Source: an uncultured Candidatus Rokubacteria bacterium | GTDB taxonomy: Bacteria > Methylomirabilota > Methylomirabilia > Rokubacteriales > DASRDR01 | Assembly: GCA_963805625.1 (NCBI GenBank) | Contig: CAWDVE010000013.1 | Coordinates: 448,001 to 512,000, forward strand | DNA: 64,000 nucleotides | Direction: 5' to 3' | In this document: positions 57,942-64,000 of the stretch, one piece after another | How the letters are laid out: every line of letters begins with the position of its first letter | How positions within the stretch are numbered: position 1 is the stretch's first letter | The notes under the pieces: generated by a model | Databases searched by the model: none | Told to the model about the DNA's origin: nothing | What the model saw: only the letters and a program-made list of their open reading frames with translations | Translations under genes and position numbers: made by a program

Positions 57942-59539
57942 CCCACGACCCGGCCAGCCTCGCGCACCTCCGCCACGAGCTGCGCACGCCGCTCAACCAC
58001 GTCCTCGGTTACAGCGAGATGCTGCTCGAGGACGCGGGCGATGCGAGCGCGCTGGCCGCGGAGCTCCGGCAGGTCCGCAGCGAAGGCCGAGCGCTCTTGG
58101 CCGTCGTCGAGGAGTCGCTGTCGCCGGCCCGCGGCGAGGAAGGCGGGCCGGATCTCGGCCGCTTCGCCTCGGCGCTGTCCGCCCCGCTCAACCGGCTCGG
58201 AGAGGCAGTGGACCGGCTCGGACGGCTGGCGAGCGAAAGTGGCTCTGGAGCAGTCTCGGCGGACGCGGAGCGCATCGCCGCCGCGGTGTCGAGGCTGCGG
58301 ACACTGGTCGAAGGCTGGGGGGCCGGACCCGAACGGGGCGCCGGGCCGAGTCCGGCCGTCGCGGCGCCGTCGGGCGCGACGGCCCTGGGGAAAAGTCGGG
58401 CCGCCGTTCGCGGCCCCGCGGTAGCGCCAGCCACAATCCTGGTCGTCGACGACGACGAGGAGAACCGGGAGCTGCTGACGCGGCGGCTCGCCCGGGAGGG
58501 TCACAAGGTCCGGGCAGCCACGGGCGGCCTCGAAGCGCTCGCCCTCCTGCAAAGCGAGCCCGTGGATCTCGTCCTCCTCGATGTCATGATGCCGGACCTC
58601 GACGGGCCCGCTGTGCTGGAGCGGCTCAAGCAGGACCCGGAGCGGCGGCACATCCCCGTCCTGATGATCTCGGCGCTCAACGAGACGGCGAGCGTCGTGC
58701 GTTCGATCGAGCTCGGGGCCGAGGACTACCTGCCGAAGCCGTGCGACGCCGTGCTGCTGCGGGCGCGGATCGGGGCCTGTCTCGAGAAGAAGCGCCTCCG
58801 CGACCAGGAGGCGCGGCACACCGTGGAGCTAGCCGAGTGGAACCGCACCCTCGAGCAGCGCGTCGCGGAGCAGGTGACTCAGGTCGAGCGTCTCGGCCGG
58901 CTGAAGCGGTTCTTCTCGCCCCAGCTCGCCGAGCTGATCGTGGCGGGCGGGGCCGATGACCCGCTCCGCACCCACCGGCGCGAGATCACCGTCGTCTTCC
59001 TGGACCTCCGCGGCTTCACCGCCTTCGCCGAGACCGCCGAGCCGGAGGAGGTGATGGGCGTCCTCCGCGAGTACCACGAGGCGATGGGGCAGCTCATCCT
59101 CGAGCACGAGGGCACGCTCGAGCGCTTCGCCGGCGACGGCATGATGGTCTTCTTCAACGACCCGGTGCCGGTCGAGAACCCCGCGGAGCGCGCCGTGAGA
59201 ATGGCGGTGGCCATGCGCGACCGCGTCCGTGGGCTCCGGAGCGCCTGGCGGAAGCGCGGCCACGACCTGGACCTCGGGGTCGGGATCGCGCAGGGCTACG
59301 CGACGATCGGCGCCATCGGCTTCGAGGGTCGCTGGGACTACGGGGCGATCGGCACCGTGACGAACCTCGCCGCGCGGCTCTGCGCCGAAGCCCAGGGCGG
59401 GCAGGTCCTGGTCACCTCGCGCGTCGCTGCCAGCGTCGAGGGGCTCGTGGATGTCGAGGAGGTCGGCGCGCTCGCGCTGCGCGGGCTCACGAAGCCTGTC
59501 CCGACCTCCAACGTCGTCAGGCTTACGCAGCCGTCCTGA
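57938..59539 (+). CDS. Class III adenylate/guanylate cyclase with an N-terminal HisKA-like helix and a REC domain
   Basis: [19 protein letters not shown] with no HATPase; LLDVMMP; VFLDLRGFT, GDGMM and NLAARL. Confidence 0.92.
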   Translation: MTHDPASLAHLRHELRTPLNHVLGYSEMLLEDAGDASALAAELRQVRSEGRALLAVVEESLSPARGEEGGPDLGRFASALSAPLNRLGEAVDRLGRLASESGSGAVSADAERIAAAVSRLRTLVEGWGAGPERGAGPSPAVAAPSGATALGKSRAAVRGPAVAPATILVVDDDEENRELLTRRLAREGHKVRAATGGLEALALLQSEPVDLVLLDVMMPDLDGPAVLERLKQDPERRHIPVLMISALNETASVVRSIELGAEDYLPKPCDAVLLRARIGACLEKKRLRDQEARHTVELAEWNRTLEQRVAEQVTQVERLGRLKRFFSPQLAELIVAGGADDPLRTHRREITVVFLDLRGFTAFAETAEPEEVMGVLREYHEAMGQLILEHEGTLERFAGDGMMVFFNDPVPVENPAERAVRMAVAMRDRVRGLRSAWRKRGHDLDLGVGIAQGYATIGAIGFEGRWDYGAIGTVTNLAARLCAEAQGGQVLVTSRVAASVEGLVDVEEVGALALRGLTKPVPTSNVVRLTQPS

Positions 59540-59730
59540 CCGACGCGCCAGCAGCCGCGCCCGAGCGATCATCCGCGACTCCCCGCTCCGCGCGCTGGTC
59601 ACCCGCCCGCGCCGCGCCCGACGCGGCGGCCCTTGTCGCGCCGCGACGGTCGCGCGTACACTCGCTCCTGGGGCACCCGCCGCCTGGCGCGGCCGGCCCG
59701 ACCGACACCGCCCCCGGAGGACCGCGCTCG

Positions 59731-61287
59731 ATGCTTCCCGACACCCTGGGCCACATCTTCGACGTCCCGCTGCGGCTCGCCCCGTCGTCGGTGGCAGTCA
59801 TCCAGGGCGACACCACGTTCACCTACCAGGAGCTCGACGCCTGGTGCAACCGCGCGGCGAACGCGCTGGCGGGACTCGGCGTGCGCCCGGGCCACCGCGT
59901 CGCGCTCATGTTCTCGAACGACTGGCGGTTCCTTCCCGCGTTCCTCGGCCCCATGCGGATCGGTGCGGTATCGGTACCGCTCAATATCCGGATGGGGGAC
60001 GAGGCGCTGGCCTACGTGGTCCAGAACGCCGAGGCGACGGTGCTGGTGGCCGGCCGAGATCAGGCGGAGCGCGCCCGGCGCCTCGCGAGCCAGGCCAAGG
60101 GACTGGCCCACCTCGTGATGGACGCGCCGCCCACCGACGGCACCCTCGAGTGGGACGCGTGGCTCGCCGCCGCCTCCCCGCGCTTCCGGCGGCGCCGGCT
60201 CGATCCGGATTCGGTCTGCATGCAGCCGTACACATCCGGCTCGACCGGCAAGCCCAAGGGCGTCCTCCTGGCCCACCGCGGCCAGGTGTGGAACGCCGAC
60301 ATCATCCGGAAGATGGCGTGTCTCGACGACACGGAGCGCGCGCTCGTCGCCGTGCCCCTCTACCACAAGAACGCGATGATCGGCGCGGTGAAGCCGTTCC
60401 TCCTCGCGGGCGGGTCGCTCGTCATCCTCCCCGGCTTCGACCCCGTCGAGGTGATCCGCGCCATCGACCGCCACAAGGTGACCTACCTCACCGGCGTGCC
60501 GGCCATGTACAAGCTCATGCTCGCCGAGAAGGCCACCCTCGCGCGCCACAGCGTCCGCTCGATCCGCTACGCGCTCTGCGGGTCGGCCGAGGTGCCGGAG
60601 GAGCTCCTGATCGAGTTCCAACGGGTGTTCGGGGCGCCCATCGGCGAGTCGTACGGGCTGACGGAGGGCGGGCCGGTGCCGATGGCGAACCCGCGCTACG
60701 GGCTCAAGAAGCTCGGCTCCTGCGGCGTCGACGTCGCCAACTGCCAGAACCGCATCGTCTCGACGGCTGACGGGGTCACCGACTGCGCGGTCGACGAGGT
60801 GGGCGAGCTCGTCACGCGGAACCCCGGTCTCGCCAAGGGGTTCTGGAAGCTCCCGCAGGTCACGGCCCAGAAGATCCGCGACGGCTGGCTCTACACGGGC
60901 GACCTGATGCGCCGGGACCGGGACGGCTACTACTACTTCGTGGGCCGCAAGGACGACATGATCAACGTGGCCGGGGAGAACCTCTACCCGAAGGAGGTCG
61001 AGGACGTCCTGCTCCGGCACCCGGGGCTCAAGGACGCCTGCGTCGTATCCGCGCCCCACGCGACCAAGGGCGAGGCGCCGGTCGCCTACGTCGTCGCTCG
61101 CGATCCCGGGGCCGCGCCGGACGAGGAGGAGGTCAAGCGGTTTTTCCTCGAGCGCGGCGCCCCCTACGCCCACCCCCGCCGTGTCTTCTTCCTGGACCGG
61201 CTCCCGCTCGGCGGGACCGGCAAGCTCGACCGCTCGGCGCTCAAGCGCCTGGCTGCCCAGCTCTCGCCCCTCGAGTCCCTGAGATGA
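59731..61287 (+). CDS. Class I adenylate-forming acyl-CoA synthetase
   Basis: YTSGSTGKPKG, YGLTE, GWLYTGD, GRKDDMI and GTGK. Confidence 0.94.
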   Translation: MLPDTLGHIFDVPLRLAPSSVAVIQGDTTFTYQELDAWCNRAANALAGLGVRPGHRVALMFSNDWRFLPAFLGPMRIGAVSVPLNIRMGDEALAYVVQNAEATVLVAGRDQAERARRLASQAKGLAHLVMDAPPTDGTLEWDAWLAAASPRFRRRRLDPDSVCMQPYTSGSTGKPKGVLLAHRGQVWNADIIRKMACLDDTERALVAVPLYHKNAMIGAVKPFLLAGGSLVILPGFDPVEVIRAIDRHKVTYLTGVPAMYKLMLAEKATLARHSVRSIRYALCGSAEVPEELLIEFQRVFGAPIGESYGLTEGGPVPMANPRYGLKKLGSCGVDVANCQNRIVSTADGVTDCAVDEVGELVTRNPGLAKGFWKLPQVTAQKIRDGWLYTGDLMRRDRDGYYYFVGRKDDMINVAGENLYPKEVEDVLLRHPGLKDACVVSAPHATKGEAPVAYVVARDPGAAPDEEEVKRFFLERGAPYAHPRRVFFLDRLPLGGTGKLDRSALKRLAAQLSPLESLR

Positions 61288-61331
61288 GACACCACGCCCG
61301 CGTCCTCGTCACCCACCTGTGGATCCATGCG

Positions 61332-61393
61332 GTGGGGGGGTCTGGGGCCACAGGCCGAAGGCCGTGGAACGGAGCGCCGCCGCTCCCCCCCAG
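61332..61393. repeat. REP-like GC palindrome containing the GCCACAGGCCGAAGGCCGT motif
   Basis: TGGGGGGG...CCCCCCCA arms; the 19-bp motif at 61347-61365 recurs at 61831-61849. Confidence 0.6.
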
Positions 61394-61402
61394 GGTGAAC
61401 CA

Positions 61403-61792
61403 GTGAGCGAGCACCTTCACGTCGACCAGTCGCCCTTCCATCGCCTGATCGGGCTCGAGATGGTCCGCGCCGAGGCCGGCACGGTGGAGATGCGCCTGCC
61501 CTGGCGGGACGAGCTGGGCCGCGCCGACGGCTCCGACTGGTTCCACGGCGGCGTGATCTCGGCCTTGATCGACATCGCCGGCGACTATGCCATCGCCTCG
61601 AAGCTCGGCCGGGGCGTGCCGACCATCGACCTCCGCGTCGACTATCTTCGCCCCGCCCGCCGCGGCGACCTCCGGGTGCTCGCCCGTGCGGTCAAGGTCG
61701 GGCGCACCGTGGGAGTGGCCGACGTCGAGCTCCGGGACGCCAACGACGCCGTGGTCGCGATCGGCCGCTGCGCCTACTCCACCGCCGGATGA
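61403..61792 (+). CDS. PaaI family thioesterase
   Basis: SPFHRLIG, FHGGVISALID and TIDLRVDYLRPA. Confidence 0.92.
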   Translation: MSEHLHVDQSPFHRLIGLEMVRAEAGTVEMRLPWRDELGRADGSDWFHGGVISALIDIAGDYAIASKLGRGVPTIDLRVDYLRPARRGDLRVLARAVKVGRTVGVADVELRDANDAVVAIGRCAYSTAG

Positions 61793-61830
61793 CACGACCG
61801 GTAGACCGCCGCGGCCCGCCGCAGCAGGCC

Positions 61831-61883
61831 GCCACAGGCCGAAGGCCGTCCAAAAGGCCGTCCAACAGGCCGTCGAACGGCCG
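61831..61883. repeat. Second 19-bp motif copy followed by degenerate 12-bp tandem units
   Basis: AGGCCGTCCAAA / AGGCCGTCCAAC / AGGCCGTCGAAC. Confidence 0.7.
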
Positions 61884-61925
61884 CAGGCGCGAGGCGCGCC
61901 GGCCGTGTTGAAAGGAGCGAGCCCC

Positions 61926-62936
61926 GTGACCAAGGCCCGCGTCGTGCTGGTCCATCCTCCGTCGAAGATGTTCCCCTACGAGGTCTGGCCCCCCGCGTTC
62001 GATGGGCTCGACGTCGAGATCGTGGCGGTCGAGTGCCGGGCGCGGGAGGAGGCGCTCGAGGCGGTTCGAGGAGCGGACGTCGTCATGATCGGCGGCTTCC
62101 GGGTCGATGCCACGATGATCGGGGCGATGGATCGGGCTCGCGCGATCTGCGGGTTCGGCCACGGCTTCGAGGGGGTCGACGTCGACGCCGCCACCCGCGC
62201 GGGCATCCTGGTTACGAACGCGGCGCACATCTGCCACCTCGAGGTCGCCAACCACGCGGCGGCGCTGATCCTGGCGCTGAACCGGAAGCTCGTCCAGTAC
62301 GACCGCGCGATGCGGCAGGGCGTGTGGGACCGTCCCGCCGGCCGGCCGATCACACCGCTCGACGGCGAGACGGCCGGGCTCGTGGGCCTGGGCGCGATCG
62401 GCCAGGCGCTGGCGCGGCGCCTCCAGCCGTTCGGGCTTCGCGTGATCGCCTACGATCCCCACGTCGAGGAGCACGTGCCGCGGGAGCTCGGCGTGCGGAT
62501 GGCCGGTGACCTCCACGCCCTCCTCGGCGAGTCGGACTGGGTGTCGGTCCAGGTCCCCCTCAATTCCGAGACCCGCCACCTCCTGGGCGAGCGCGAGTTC
62601 CGGGCGATGAAGCGGACCGCGTACCTCGTCAACTGCTGCCGTGGAGGCGTCGTCGACGAGGCCGCCCTCACGCGCGCCCTCGAACAGGGCCGGATCGCCG
62701 GCGCCGGCCTGGACGTCTTCGAGCAGGAGCCCACCGATCCCGCCAACCCCCTGCTGCGTCTCGAGAACGTCGTCGCCACGCCCCACGCCGGCGGCGAGTC
62801 GACCGAGTCCGCCGCGCTGTCGGCCCGCGTGGCAAGCCGTCAGGCTGCCGCGGTCCTCCGCGGGGAGTGGCCGGACCGCGTCGTCAACCCCGCCGTCTAC
62901 GGACGCCTCTGCATGGCTGGCAGGCTCTCGCGATGA
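61926..62936 (+). CDS. D-2-hydroxyacid dehydrogenase (CtBP/SerA-like)
   Basis: AAAGGAG RBS; GLGAIG, NCCRGGVVD, AGLDVFEQEP and TPHAGG. Confidence 0.92.
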   Translation: MTKARVVLVHPPSKMFPYEVWPPAFDGLDVEIVAVECRAREEALEAVRGADVVMIGGFRVDATMIGAMDRARAICGFGHGFEGVDVDAATRAGILVTNAAHICHLEVANHAAALILALNRKLVQYDRAMRQGVWDRPAGRPITPLDGETAGLVGLGAIGQALARRLQPFGLRVIAYDPHVEEHVPRELGVRMAGDLHALLGESDWVSVQVPLNSETRHLLGEREFRAMKRTAYLVNCCRGGVVDEAALTRALEQGRIAGAGLDVFEQEPTDPANPLLRLENVVATPHAGGESTESAALSARVASRQAAAVLRGEWPDRVVNPAVYGRLCMAGRLSR

Positions 62937-63024
62937 GCGCCCAGCCAGGTCTCGAGCGGCACCCCCCCGCCCCCGGGTCGGTGGGGCGGGGTCGGGGGTG
63001 GGGGTGGGGGTGGGGGGCGTTCCG

Positions 63025-63942
63025 ATGACCGGCCGCGCGACGGAGCCGACGACCTGGTACCTCTTCTCGGTCAACGCCGATACGCCGCCGACCATGACGA
63101 TCGCCTCGGGCGAGGAGGTGACGCTCGTCGTCCGCGGCGCGTTCGCCGACGTCCGGGACATCCGCGACGTGCCCACGCCCTTCACCCCGGCGTGCGACGG
63201 CCACCCCCTCGCGCCCATCGCGGGACCGGTGCACGTCCGCGGCGCCGAGCCCGGGGACGCGGTGGCGATCGATCTCCTCGAGATCACGCCCCACGGGGAC
63301 GGCATCACGGCGATCCTGCGCGACTTCGGCGTGCTCCGGAAGGAGTACGGCGAGCCGAAGGCCCTCGCCTGCCCGGTCCGCGACGGTCACGCGTGGTTCG
63401 GCGGCCGCATCCCGATCCGGCTCAATCCGAACCTGGGCACCGTGTCCACGATGCCGCCCGAGGGGTACAAGCCTTCCTACGCGGGGCCGTACGGCGGCGA
63501 CTTTGACCAGAAGGACGTCAAGGCCGGGAGCCGAGTCCATCTCCCGGTCATGGTGCCGGGCGCCCTCGTGTTCTTCGCCGACCCGCACGCGGCGATCAGC
63601 GACGGCATCGTCACGGGCACCGGCGTCGAGTGCACGTCGACCGTGCGGGCGCGCATCACCCTCCACAAGCGGCGAACGGTGGCGCGCCCGATCATCGAGG
63701 TGGACGGCACCGTCCAGGTGCTCGGCTTCGGCCCGACGGTGGAGGAGGCGACCGAGGATGCGACGCGGGCGGCCATCGACGTGGTCGCCCACGGCGCGCG
63801 CATGGATCCGGAGGAGGCCTACATGCTCCTCTCGATCATCGGTGAGCTCCGCATCGGGACGTCGCCCCGGCCCGTCATGGCCGCGCGGCTCATCATTCCC
63901 CTCGAGACGCTCACCGCGGCGGGCTGGACGTCGCCCTGGTGA
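63025..63942 (+). CDS. Acetamidase/formamidase family protein (paralog of 34052-34945)
   Basis: AGPVHVRGAEPGD, GGDFD, ADPHAAISDG and AYMLLS. Confidence 0.88.
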   Translation: MTGRATEPTTWYLFSVNADTPPTMTIASGEEVTLVVRGAFADVRDIRDVPTPFTPACDGHPLAPIAGPVHVRGAEPGDAVAIDLLEITPHGDGITAILRDFGVLRKEYGEPKALACPVRDGHAWFGGRIPIRLNPNLGTVSTMPPEGYKPSYAGPYGGDFDQKDVKAGSRVHLPVMVPGALVFFADPHAAISDGIVTGTGVECTSTVRARITLHKRRTVARPIIEVDGTVQVLGFGPTVEEATEDATRAAIDVVAHGARMDPEEAYMLLSIIGELRIGTSPRPVMAARLIIPLETLTAAGWTSPW

Positions 63943-64000
63943 GCCTGCTGGTCATCCGGGACGTCCGCGTCTTCGACGGGGTATCGGAGCGCGCCATCGA
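63939..64000 (+). CDS. Probable amidohydrolase N-terminus (runs off the window end)
   Basis: GTG overlaps the previous stop; MSLLVIRDVRVFDGVSERAI. Confidence 0.6.
   Translation, partial: MSLLVIRDVRVFDGVSERAI

Overview
GC-rich bacterial chromosomal window of about 55 genes with no rRNA, intact tRNA or CRISPR array visible. The gene style (poly-GAF kinases, a PF04392-type binding-protein remnant, Pup outside Actinobacteria) suggests Candidatus Rokubacteria/Methylomirabilota; this is inference only. In order, the window holds: hypB(partial)-hypA-Rrf2; a 4.5-kb accessory islet bounded by identical 29-bp tRNA-Glu-like repeats, next to a decayed tyrosine integrase; a glutaredoxin the ORF track missed, with an in-frame UGA (U-R-P-C) and a SECIS hairpin; a MoxR-DUF58-triple-VWA-TPR operon; CoA and redox enzymes; a decayed integron-like cassette; a dcd-pup-fmdB-ior-lysR operon whose Pup lacks neighbouring proteasome genes; thrB and ccdA; a sugar ABC system with two divergent binding proteins; a dtnK/pdxA-type acid-sugar cluster; a 14-kb signalling locus (12-GAF hybrid kinase, LivK-like protein, TorS-like kinase, response regulator, nucleotide cyclase) shaped by duplication of the kinase core; and an acyl-CoA ligase, thioesterase, dehydrogenase and amidase cluster. 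Several single-base indels may be sequencing errors. All family calls come from motif recognition by eye, not database searches.
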